The notes beneath the pieces were generated by a model. It saw nothing but the letters and a program-made list of their open reading frames with translations, was not told the DNA's origin and did not search any database. Below are positions 16,701-24,027 of a DNA stretch of 45,125 bases, piece by piece (the stretch's first letter is position 1; each line of letters begins with the position of its first letter). The DNA comes from a virus (Duplodnaviria > Caudoviricetes), in the IMG/VR virus record IMGVR_UViG_3300011443_000022, positions 1 through 45,125 of that record; one strand, given 5' to 3'. Both the position numbers and the translations under genes were made by a program.

Positions 16701-18003
16701 TGTAAGTTTAACCTCCGCAGTTGAGGATTTCTTGCGGAGTAAACTTTCCCCCGTCGCTGGCGCAGGCGTTGACATATACACAGGGAGAAGCGCGGTAGGA
16801 GAGAAAGTCGGAGTCAAGCAGATTCCGCAAGAACTCCTCGCAAACATCGTTCCTTTAATTGCACAGGATACATATGAGGCGGTTAAAGAAGAGGGAATAA
16901 AGGGGGCGGCTGTTGCTCCTCTAGCCTTCGTCGGTGGAACGGTGTCTATTTCTCCTAAAACCGCTCGAACTCAATTCCTCGAAACCTTCAAAGAAAAGCA
17001 CCCTGAGATTAATACCGAGGATAAGAGTCTTGTTAACCTTATAGCAGCGGACGACCCTGAACTCTCTGCTCTACTTGAAAAATCCCGCGCACAGGCGTTG
17101 GAACGGGGAAGCGAGTCGGGGGTTACTATGGCAGAAAATGCTGCGTTCTTCAAAGAAAATGAAGATAAGGTTAATCTCCTGTCTCTAGCCAAATCATTAA
17201 AAAGTGGTAATGCGGAGGCGGGGCCAGCGTTCGCAGAGGCATATAAAAACTATGAAAAAGGTGTGGTGGAAGTCCTACAGCGGCAGTTTTTTGGTAAAGA
17301 ATCAGATGCGGCTGTCTCCCCTATCGGCCAAGCATTAGAACAGTATCGTCAAATCGAGCCAGAGTTCCTTCCCGAAGAGAACTCATACGATTGGGAGACA
17401 TATTTCACAGAGAAGGACAAGGCGTTTGCACGATTAAAGCAACTCAATCCCGACACTGCTCATGCTATCGAAAACAAACTTCGGACAGTAGACCCGACCG
17501 TACAACAGGTCGAGCTACAGTTTAAGAACGCCAAGAAGGCCTTTCACACAGCGTTAGGAATGAACAAATGGAAGGATAACATCGCTAATCAAGATATTAT
17601 CACGCAATTACACAAGGACGCACAGTTTGTCAATCAGCAACTTGCATTAGCAGGTAGACCAAACGCTAGTGTAGGACAGATATGGAAAATGGTTGCTGCG
17701 GCAAACCCAAATGTAGACCCACAAACTTTACGCATGGCTAGGAGGTTACGACCGGGAACAAAGTATAGTTTACGCCAGTCAAATCCAGAGCGGGAGCAGT
17801 ATTTGATAGATAATTACTTGGAGCTATCAGTGTTCTTTCCTACGCTTTATCGCTCAGAAAAGCTATTAAGGAAGATTGGGAAGAAGTATGGGAGAGCGGC
17901 GATTAACCGACAATTGCTACAAGTCGCCCCTCAAATCGGCTCAAGACTACCAAATAATCCCACAAATACCGGAAATAGTCAACTACAGTTGACACCAGCA
18001 TAG
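13720..18003 (+). CDS. Large (1427 aa) probable ejection/polyvalent protein
   Basis: Gly-rich hydrophobic stretch, Pro-rich linker, helical C-half with an LPD38-like segment (LRSKLSPVAGAGVDIYTGRSAVGEKV). Confidence 0.65.
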   Translation: MPYTPLKVKQSSSYKDLGKYQTTRQRMQRLGMLQAQPKPKPKEKKQGGGGFLGTGVGPNVSLGDVGERIGNIDFEQAARSSVGLSEERGNRPGGSPLLPGQPFRLGAPSELQGRSPAEAHLQESFRPYIPESANPLSRIPGPLGDEAAKLTSGMTSPAAIAMTLAGGTGVLPALGGFRPAAYSVGGGILGGTAGKYAEKAGVGKFRIPGPVGLDVGPAGVGELLGGFYAGPRGIRPNLGTKEEQILGLWKQRPPSELKPTRYINVPKSTEVFPTEANDLVDSLMRYKAGTVDMDIRVAPPRPDMGKPQGYITIDIHSRGKPSADNMVEVLHISRELAQANPGYRIKANVVNDRLMGTMRKLGLKGVDVPSARDPSKSIGANFDLSFEDLDEVYQRLPKDTPGMAGLVEGEDAGSAAQKAREVLDTAGTSHWSAGQVTSRAMRQGTKSLTQAERSTLLNANAGDAEATAALEAWLGISKGGAGRVTDEAALRRAFDNAASAEPPTPRGVMPSREELVAAWEAAGYRFTPETVPDYLPGGALGTQPGLLPDQPAQPGLSPGTTGAITPTSQPELIPGMGRQGEAVTPPLSNPPPLYPTHGEQGYFPGMGSSMEYQPRFPEMEPPPTPPREGPFPPGKEEARGETIGLGLYDEPTEDALRVMQNAIDGEPIGVMGRRTIAKYFGKDVADKFKKGSVLDEVLGLLNLPRAFLATGDASGTYRQAGLLNIAHPELAARMLKTQWRALTEDGALAVEQRIAKDPYTQKMLDNGLHLTSFRPGAAFGGLPTEKLQEESYLLGEGAAGRFVRSKPILRQSERAYVTGLNDVRHGYVKNILSKWEEAGDARFHDPKALKSLMTWANHATGRGLSSVQQNAALSSMNAVFFSPRLLASRVQTWADLVTELNKAARGQSNISRYIAEDMAKTYSAGIAALTFLSATGVAKTNTDPRSTQFGKAKFGSISVDMFGGSTPMMRLIALGGPAALKKGTVRTQAGELVDVSLTSAVEDFLRSKLSPVAGAGVDIYTGRSAVGEKVGVKQIPQELLANIVPLIAQDTYEAVKEEGIKGAAVAPLAFVGGTVSISPKTARTQFLETFKEKHPEINTEDKSLVNLIAADDPELSALLEKSRAQALERGSESGVTMAENAAFFKENEDKVNLLSLAKSLKSGNAEAGPAFAEAYKNYEKGVVEVLQRQFFGKESDAAVSPIGQALEQYRQIEPEFLPEENSYDWETYFTEKDKAFARLKQLNPDTAHAIENKLRTVDPTVQQVELQFKNAKKAFHTALGMNKWKDNIANQDIITQLHKDAQFVNQQLALAGRPNASVGQIWKMVAAANPNVDPQTLRMARRLRPGTKYSLRQSNPEREQYLIDNYLELSVFFPTLYRSEKLLRKIGKKYGRAAINRQLLQVAPQIGSRLPNNPTNTGNSQLQLTPA

Positions 18004-18036
18004 AAATAGTTTATACTAAAGATAGGAAGTGTTTAT
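17989..18036 (+). promoter_or_regulatory. Sigma70-type promoter with conserved box, upstream of scaffold/capsid
   Basis: TTGACA-17-TATACT; near-identical over about 37 bp to 5817-5853. Confidence 0.85.
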
Positions 18037-18873
18037 ATGACTACACCGGAAGATACGTTTGGACTGCCCAACACCGGAGACGGTACTTTGGCAACAGACG
18101 ACGACGAGACTCCGGTTCTCTCCGACGAAGATGAATCCGACGAGGAGGAAGAATCTGACGAGGATGAGTCAATCACCTACGAAAGTTGGATGCAGGCTCT
18201 CGAAGCCAATCCAGCAATAAAGGAAGCCTACACCACCCGGACAACGGAACGGGAAAAGGAACTTTCGACGGAAATCTACCGCAAGTTCCAATCCGCCATC
18301 CAACCAGCCGTTGATAGGTGGAGTCAGAATTCCGCAGCTACGAAGAACGCTCTATCAACCATAGCGAACAACATTCAAAAAGCCGTCGCGGACGGAAACT
18401 TGGAAGCTGACGATGTGGCGAGTATTCTGAACAGCAACCAATCCGCGTTGGACGCCTTCAACCAGCAGCAGTTTTGGGAGGGTACGAACTACATCCTGCA
18501 TACTCTAGGCGCAGCGACCGAGAATGAGTCGTTTGCAAACGAGTTCTTTGGCAGGATGTATGCGATGGCAAGCGGTAAGACAGATGTAGAATTTGCCTCT
18601 GATTTACTTTCCGCTATTGTAGACCCTGCCGTAATAGCTAAGGTTAAAGAAGCGGAAGATGCGGCTTACGCTAGAGGTTTGCAGGATGGCGGGAAGGTTA
18701 AGGCAGAAACCATTAAAGCAGAGACTAGAAGTGGTAAAGGCCCAGACCTAAACCCGAAGAAGAGTAGAACCGCAAAGCCTAAGTACACAATGGAACAACT
18801 AAAGAAAATGACGAGAGAAGAGATACTACAAATCCCTCGTGAAGACAGGGAAAGTGGTGCATTTCTCGCCTAA
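18037..18873 (+). CDS. Putative capsid scaffolding protein
   Basis: Acidic N-terminus, helical body, EQLKKMTREE C-terminal motif; directly precedes the capsid gene. Confidence 0.7.
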   Translation: MTTPEDTFGLPNTGDGTLATDDDETPVLSDEDESDEEEESDEDESITYESWMQALEANPAIKEAYTTRTTEREKELSTEIYRKFQSAIQPAVDRWSQNSAATKNALSTIANNIQKAVADGNLEADDVASILNSNQSALDAFNQQQFWEGTNYILHTLGAATENESFANEFFGRMYAMASGKTDVEFASDLLSAIVDPAVIAKVKEAEDAAYARGLQDGGKVKAETIKAETRSGKGPDLNPKKSRTAKPKYTMEQLKKMTREEILQIPREDRESGAFLA

Positions 18874-18888
18874 CAGAAAGATTAGCAC

Positions 18889-19743
18889 ATGACGATTGAT
18901 AATTTTATCCCGACCTTGTGGTCTGCGTCGTTGCTGGAAAACCTTAATGATGCTCATGTTTATGCTCCGCTTCTGAACACGGACTATGAAGGTGAGATTT
19001 CCGGGCAGGGTGATACCGTCAAGATTAACGCAATCGGTAGGGTGAGTGTTGGAACTTACGTGAAGAACGTAACCTCCATCTCCCCTGAGACGCTTGACGG
19101 TGGTCAGCAAGTCCTTACAATCACCGAGGCGGATTACTTCGCCTTCGAGATTGACGACATTGATAAGGCACAGCAAAAGCCGAAACTGATGTCTGCTGCA
19201 ATGAAGGAAGCTGCGTGGGCTATGTCCGACGAAGTTGACGTATTCATTGCAACGATGTTGGAAGCTGGCGTAGCAACCGCAGCCCCCGACAACACACTAA
19301 CCGCCGTTACCGTTGGTACTGGCGCAGCCGACGACGACGCCTACGAAACCCTCGTAGACCTACAGGTTAAGCTAACGGAATCCAATATTCCGCGAGCAGG
19401 CCGATGGGTAGTCGTCCCCCCGTGGTATCACGGTTTGCTTCTGAAAGACCCCCGGTTCGTTTCGTTCGGCACCAGCCCCAACCTTGGGGTTTTGAAGAAC
19501 GGGCAGATTGGGCAGGCCGCAGGATTCACCATTGTCGAATCCAATAACGTCCCCGTTTCCGGTGCAGCCTATACGGTTATCGCTGGATACAAGGGAGCGG
19601 CTACCTTTGCAGAGCAGATTGACGACCCCGAAGCATACCGCCCCGAAACAGCGTTCTCGGACGCCGTTAAGGGTCTGCATGTATACGGGGCTAAGGTTAC
19701 GCGCCCGTACGGTTTGGCCTCAGTAGTGGCGACGGCGGCATAA
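18889..19743 (+). CDS. Major capsid protein (HK97 fold, P22-coat-like family)
   Basis: NFIPTLWS, DYEGEI..GDTVKI, FAFEIDDID, P...RWVVVPP, GF.I.ESNN, VKGLHVYGAKV.RP. Confidence 0.93.
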   Translation: MTIDNFIPTLWSASLLENLNDAHVYAPLLNTDYEGEISGQGDTVKINAIGRVSVGTYVKNVTSISPETLDGGQQVLTITEADYFAFEIDDIDKAQQKPKLMSAAMKEAAWAMSDEVDVFIATMLEAGVATAAPDNTLTAVTVGTGAADDDAYETLVDLQVKLTESNIPRAGRWVVVPPWYHGLLLKDPRFVSFGTSPNLGVLKNGQIGQAAGFTIVESNNVPVSGAAYTVIAGYKGAATFAEQIDDPEAYRPETAFSDAVKGLHVYGAKVTRPYGLASVVATAA

Positions 19744-19757
19744 GGAGAGTATAGAAC

Positions 19758-20129
19758 ATGGCAACTACAGCACTCCCCGTTGTTACCCTCGTCCACAACA
19801 CGCCTTCGGCTGACCTTCTCGATGCGAACGGTGTTGCAGCTACGACTCCCGCCGATGGGTGGGTGATTGCCGCTGCTGGCATTGAAGGTGGAAGACTCCT
19901 GATTAAGCTACTCGCAGACGCCACTGGCGACACTGTGACGTTTCTTGCAGGAGACAACCCCCCCTCTCATCGAAAGGGTCTAGGCAACTTGGCCGTTGTA
20001 CTAGCCGCATCGGATGTCCGCTACCTTGTTCTTGAATCAGGTCGTTTCCTACAGGACGACGGCACGATTCTCGCAACTTGTACGGATGCCGGTACGACTC
20101 TACACGCCTTCTTGCTGCCTAAGACGTAA
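19758..20129 (+). CDS. Probable capsid decoration/minor virion protein
   Basis: Beta-rich; follows the capsid gene with AAGGAG RBS; LESGRF motif. Confidence 0.6.
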   Translation: MATTALPVVTLVHNTPSADLLDANGVAATTPADGWVIAAAGIEGGRLLIKLLADATGDTVTFLAGDNPPSHRKGLGNLAVVLAASDVRYLVLESGRFLQDDGTILATCTDAGTTLHAFLLPKT

Positions 20130-20138
20130 CAAAAAAAT

Positions 20139-20222
20139 CCAGTGACGGTTGGGCAACTCCGCTAGTGGGGAAGGGGGTGATTCTTCTAATCCTACTAGCG
20201 GGGCCAAGCCCTACACAGGAGG
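20139..20222 (+). promoter_or_regulatory. Long structured intergenic hairpin abutting an AGGAGG RBS
   Basis: CCGCTAGTGGG/CCTACTAGCGG stem, inner GAAGGG/TTCTTC, outer GGGC/GCCC; G-U pairs favour the + strand RNA. Confidence 0.65.
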
Positions 20223-20228
20223 TTTGAA

Positions 20229-20705
20229 ATCGGATACCTAGACCAAGTACGACCCGCCGAAATTTTCGGCAAAGAAATGCACTTCCGCCATATCGGAATT
20301 GCTGCATATACGAAATCGAAAGCAGGGGCTAAGACAGGTACAGCTATCACAGGTGGTGTGGTTGAATCTGAAATAGTCACAGGGGGTCAGACATTAGTCC
20401 TCACCCTAACGAATGGAGAGTGGATTCGCTCTGGGCTGTTTAACGCCCAACGAGCGAACATCATCGCTGGCATTGACTCTGCTCAGGCTGAGGCTGCTGG
20501 CTTTGACGCACGTAAGGCTACCATCCTTCCCGTCACAGCCGTTGTACGTACCAGCGATACCGTAGTCACCATCACACTTGTTGCTGATGCTGGCTATGTA
20601 ATTACCGCAAACGAAACTATTACGGTTACGGTTCCTGCCTCTGCCATTGACGGGCAATTCCAGCCTCTCAGCATGGGCACATTTGTAATCACGGCGAACG
20701 CATAA
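20229..20705 (+). CDS. Ig-like/beta-rich virion protein; probable ATC start at 20229 (alternative ATG at 20277)
   Basis: AGGAGG-6 nt-ATC in frame with ORF 20277..20705; VVRTSDTVVTIT and ETITVTVPASA beta pattern. Confidence 0.7.
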   Translation: MGYLDQVRPAEIFGKEMHFRHIGIAAYTKSKAGAKTGTAITGGVVESEIVTGGQTLVLTLTNGEWIRSGLFNAQRANIIAGIDSAQAEAAGFDARKATILPVTAVVRTSDTVVTITLVADAGYVITANETITVTVPASAIDGQFQPLSMGTFVITANA

Positions 20706-21412
20706 TGCCTCCAAGGTTTCGCGTAGCCTATCCTAGAGAACATGTATTACGCCCACAGGAATGGGCTGATTCCGCAGGCACAGACTTCTGGCTGGTCGCT
20801 GGCCCCGGTGGTATGCTTACTGCTACTACTATCCAAGAGCTAGCGGACTATGGTTGGACAGCCACCGCCCTTACCTTCACAGCCGCCTCTGGTGCGGATT
20901 TTCTTAGTTCTGCCGATGTAGGTGTACCGAACACTATCGACTTCGGCGCATCAGGAGACTTGCTAAAATCCCCCGCAATCTTTGGTGATTATAACCATGG
21001 ATTGCTGGCGGCACAGCTATTAAAAAAGCGACCGACTAAGCTAGTAACGGAGTGTTATGCACAATTCAGTGTTGCGACAGCGAATGAACCGACTTCTGGA
21101 TTTGGTCTGGTCGAAGATGGCGGGACTCCTGCTACAGCCGCAGACCATATGGCGTTCATTTCTACAAACGGAACAAACTTCCTCTGCGCCAGTGGTGCCG
21201 CCTCAGATACCGGAGCCTTAGACGACTCCCTCTTCCATAAGTTCAAGACTATCGTGCGTAATACCGACAGCCTTGTTGAATGGTATATTGACGATGTTAG
21301 TCAGGGAACGCTAGCGGTTCAAGCCGACGAATGGCCTGTGTCGTTTGGCGCACACGTTCTAACCACTAACCGCCTTCAACTAGCATGGGCGCATATCTAC
21401 TATGACTACTAA
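20705..21412 (+). CDS. Virion protein with probable lectin/ConA-like beta-sandwich
   Basis: FHKFKTIV...VEWYIDDVSQGT pattern; structural module. Confidence 0.55.
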   Translation: MPPRFRVAYPREHVLRPQEWADSAGTDFWLVAGPGGMLTATTIQELADYGWTATALTFTAASGADFLSSADVGVPNTIDFGASGDLLKSPAIFGDYNHGLLAAQLLKKRPTKLVTECYAQFSVATANEPTSGFGLVEDGGTPATAADHMAFISTNGTNFLCASGAASDTGALDDSLFHKFKTIVRNTDSLVEWYIDDVSQGTLAVQADEWPVSFGAHVLTTNRLQLAWAHIYYDY

Positions 21413-21420
21413 GGAGAGCT

Positions 21421-22038
21421 ATGCCATCAGTAACTAGAAACACGATGCGGAAAGAGTTGATGGAACGGCTCTACGCTACCGAAGATGTACTCTACGGTAC
21501 ACTAGACGGGTCTGATACTGACACCGCTACCGCAAACGAATGGGTAAGCACAATGCTTACCTCGACAAACCTCGTCGGTGCGTGGTTGTTTGTTGACGAC
21601 ACTACAGACGACTTGGCACCGGAGGGAGAGTCTCGTAGGATTATCTCGTACAACCCCGCAGCGGGAAGTGTCGATGTAGACCCTGTGTTTACTGCCGCAC
21701 TTGCAGCGGGTGATACCTACGAGATTCACTATGCCGTTCATCCAGATAGATTGAACGAAGCCCTACAGTGGGCAGTAACAACTGGTACGCTCTGGGCGAA
21801 CGCCGGTTGGACTGACGACATTGCCGCCGCAGTAATCCCCGATAAGGATATATTCAAAGAAGGGGCGCTATACCGTATCAAGCAGGGATTGGTTCGCCGC
21901 GCTACCGGCAGTTTGAAGAATGAACTCCAAGACCAAATCAACCAACATAAGGAAGCGTTTGATAATGGCTTGGCACTGCTTGGGTATAGGAAGCCGCGCT
22001 CTGGTTCTACTCAGCAAGAGAGATTCGGGAGGGTCTAG
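21421..22038 (+). CDS. Head-tail adaptor-like protein, paralogue 1
   Basis: Shares R..LY, GA[WY], R[IV]..Y...G and YEIHY..P with the next two genes; C-terminal GAL helix. Confidence 0.6.
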   Translation: MPSVTRNTMRKELMERLYATEDVLYGTLDGSDTDTATANEWVSTMLTSTNLVGAWLFVDDTTDDLAPEGESRRIISYNPAAGSVDVDPVFTAALAAGDTYEIHYAVHPDRLNEALQWAVTTGTLWANAGWTDDIAAAVIPDKDIFKEGALYRIKQGLVRRATGSLKNELQDQINQHKEAFDNGLALLGYRKPRSGSTQQERFGRV

Positions 22039-22041
22039 TAA

Positions 22042-22719
22042 ATGGCATGGGCGCAGGCAAACCTAGTTAATGTACGACAGGAAGTAATCAAACGCCTCTA
22101 TACGGAGGAGGATATTATCCTTGGAACCGCTAGTTCTGGGTCAACCTCGACAATCGTGGACGTGGGAAGTACTGACGGAGTACATCTCGAATCAGGAATT
22201 CTTTCAAATCGCAACTTTATTGGAGCCTACGTGTATGTTCCGGCTGTGGCAGACCCCAAATGGAGCCGTGTTACTACTTACGACCCCGCATCAGGGACTC
22301 TTACATTCTCCCCCCTCCTAGGGGCGACCGCTGGTACAAACCCTTATGAAATCCACTACAAACTCCATCCTGAGCGAATAAATCAATTCATTAAAGATAG
22401 GGCGAGGATTGGTTCACGTCAGGCGCTTGACACAATCGCAGAAGCTACGGCTATCAACATGGACTTTAACGTCCTATCAGAAGGAACACTAGCGGATGCT
22501 AAGCGAGCTATCGCCAAGCGGTATCCTAGTGGCGACCCGGAGCGCGTACGCCTACTCGCAGAAGCGGATGAGCATGAGGCTATGTGGCAGGAAGGCTTAG
22601 TTCTACACGGGTATGGCGAAAGTTGGTTTACTCCAAAGAGTGCTATGGAGGAAACAGAGGCTAACTCAGTGATAGTTCCAGCACAGAGGAGCGGTTCGAC
22701 TCCCGGCGTAGGTAGGTAG
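22042..22719 (+). CDS. Head-tail adaptor-like protein, paralogue 2
   Basis: Same motifs (FIGAYVY, RVTTYDPASG, YEIHYKLHP, EGTLA). Confidence 0.6.
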   Translation: MAWAQANLVNVRQEVIKRLYTEEDIILGTASSGSTSTIVDVGSTDGVHLESGILSNRNFIGAYVYVPAVADPKWSRVTTYDPASGTLTFSPLLGATAGTNPYEIHYKLHPERINQFIKDRARIGSRQALDTIAEATAINMDFNVLSEGTLADAKRAIAKRYPSGDPERVRLLAEADEHEAMWQEGLVLHGYGESWFTPKSAMEETEANSVIVPAQRSGSTPGVGR

Positions 22720-22722
22720 CCA

Positions 22723-24027
22723 ATGCCGAGTGTTAACACTGGTACGGCTATTAGACGGGCCATCCTAGACGAACTCTATCCTCTGGATACTTGGCGTTAC
22801 GGAAGCCTAGCACATACAGCAATAACCACGACCACCCTTACCGAACCAAGGTTGGCCTATACTATGCTGCACCCGCAGCGGTTCATTGGTGCATGGCTTT
22901 ATCACCAGAACGGTGCATCTACGGATATAACCCGTATCACACAATACAATCACACAACCGGAGCCTTCACGCTCGCTCCCGCCATTACCGACCCAACTTC
23001 CGGGACAAGCAACTACGAGATTCATTATGAACTTGCCCCCGATGAGTTCCTATCTGCCCTTTCAGCAGTACACCAATCCATCTATGTACCAGAGATTGCT
23101 CCCCTGTCAGAATCCTTCGATGAGTCTAGTGCGGAATTTGACGGTATTGGACAGTGGGTTAATGAAGCCGATGCGGTAATTTCTGTAACACAGAATATTC
23201 TAGCCGAGAATCAGCGCCGCGCCCTTGGCCGCTATCGTATATCCTTTACCACAGATACCGGAGCTACAGCATCTCAGGTAGCTACTCCCGCAATCTCTGT
23301 TAAGCCATTAAAGAACTACCTCATCTCAATTCCAATATCTGCCGAACCCGGCCCTGACCCTCTAGCTGCAACCATCTCTCTTATAAATGCGGATACCAAC
23401 GTACAGATAAAAGCCTTAAGTGTACCTTTCTACGCTGAGGCAGGCTCTTATCGGCCCGGTTGGTATGAGGCAAGATGGATACAGACGATACCCGCCGATT
23501 GCGATGCAGTAAAGGTGCGTGTTCAAGGCGATAATAATTTCTCTGTTATACTTCTTAACCACGCATCCATACTGGAAATTGAGAGCGAGTCTTTTGTCTC
23601 TCCCGTTAACGTACAGAATCCCCATGATATTCTTGCGGTGATGGAATTACCTGTCGGTGATAGTGTTGTGGGTTTTCCCGACGTGTATCATTACTACACC
23701 GAAGAATTGGTTAAGAGGGCGTTCCATACCAACGACCACCGAGAGGGGCGGTGGAGTGAAATTGTTGTACCTGATGGAGTTAGTTTCTCCCCCCTGTATG
23801 TGGAGTTCCTCCGCAGTTTAGGCCCGTTCACGGTCGATACACAAAGCACCATTGCGGACTTGGATGTATTAGTATACGGTACTCTGGCTAGGCTGTACAA
23901 GAAAATGGGACGTGCTAGTGATGCGAGACAAGCTGCTAGTGTGTTTGACCAACTCCTTACCCGCCGTATGAATATACCACCTGTGTATATTAGAGAATCC
24001 GCAACTGAGAGGATTTACATTACGTAA
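22723..24027 (+). CDS. Head-tail adaptor-like protein, paralogue 3, with inserted CBM-like beta domain
   Basis: Same motifs (FIGAWLY, RITQYNHTTG, YEIHYELAP, VYGTLA) around an insert of about 230 aa (VKPLKNYLIS, IPADCDAVKVRV). Confidence 0.6.
   Translation: MPSVNTGTAIRRAILDELYPLDTWRYGSLAHTAITTTTLTEPRLAYTMLHPQRFIGAWLYHQNGASTDITRITQYNHTTGAFTLAPAITDPTSGTSNYEIHYELAPDEFLSALSAVHQSIYVPEIAPLSESFDESSAEFDGIGQWVNEADAVISVTQNILAENQRRALGRYRISFTTDTGATASQVATPAISVKPLKNYLISIPISAEPGPDPLAATISLINADTNVQIKALSVPFYAEAGSYRPGWYEARWIQTIPADCDAVKVRVQGDNNFSVILLNHASILEIESESFVSPVNVQNPHDILAVMELPVGDSVVGFPDVYHYYTEELVKRAFHTNDHREGRWSEIVVPDGVSFSPLYVEFLRSLGPFTVDTQSTIADLDVLVYGTLARLYKKMGRASDARQAASVFDQLLTRRMNIPPVYIRESATERIYIT

Noticed and set aside
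12140-18003. Tape measure protein (siphovirus)
   Set aside because: Despite the GERGPE motif, no tail tube, tail terminator, chaperone frameshift pair or baseplate genes were recognised; adaptor and nozzle-like genes favour a podovirus
22685-22712. GGTTCGACTCC T-loop-like sequence as a tRNA
   Set aside because: The T-stem pairs for only 2 bp, there is no acceptor stem or CCA, and it lies in a CDS
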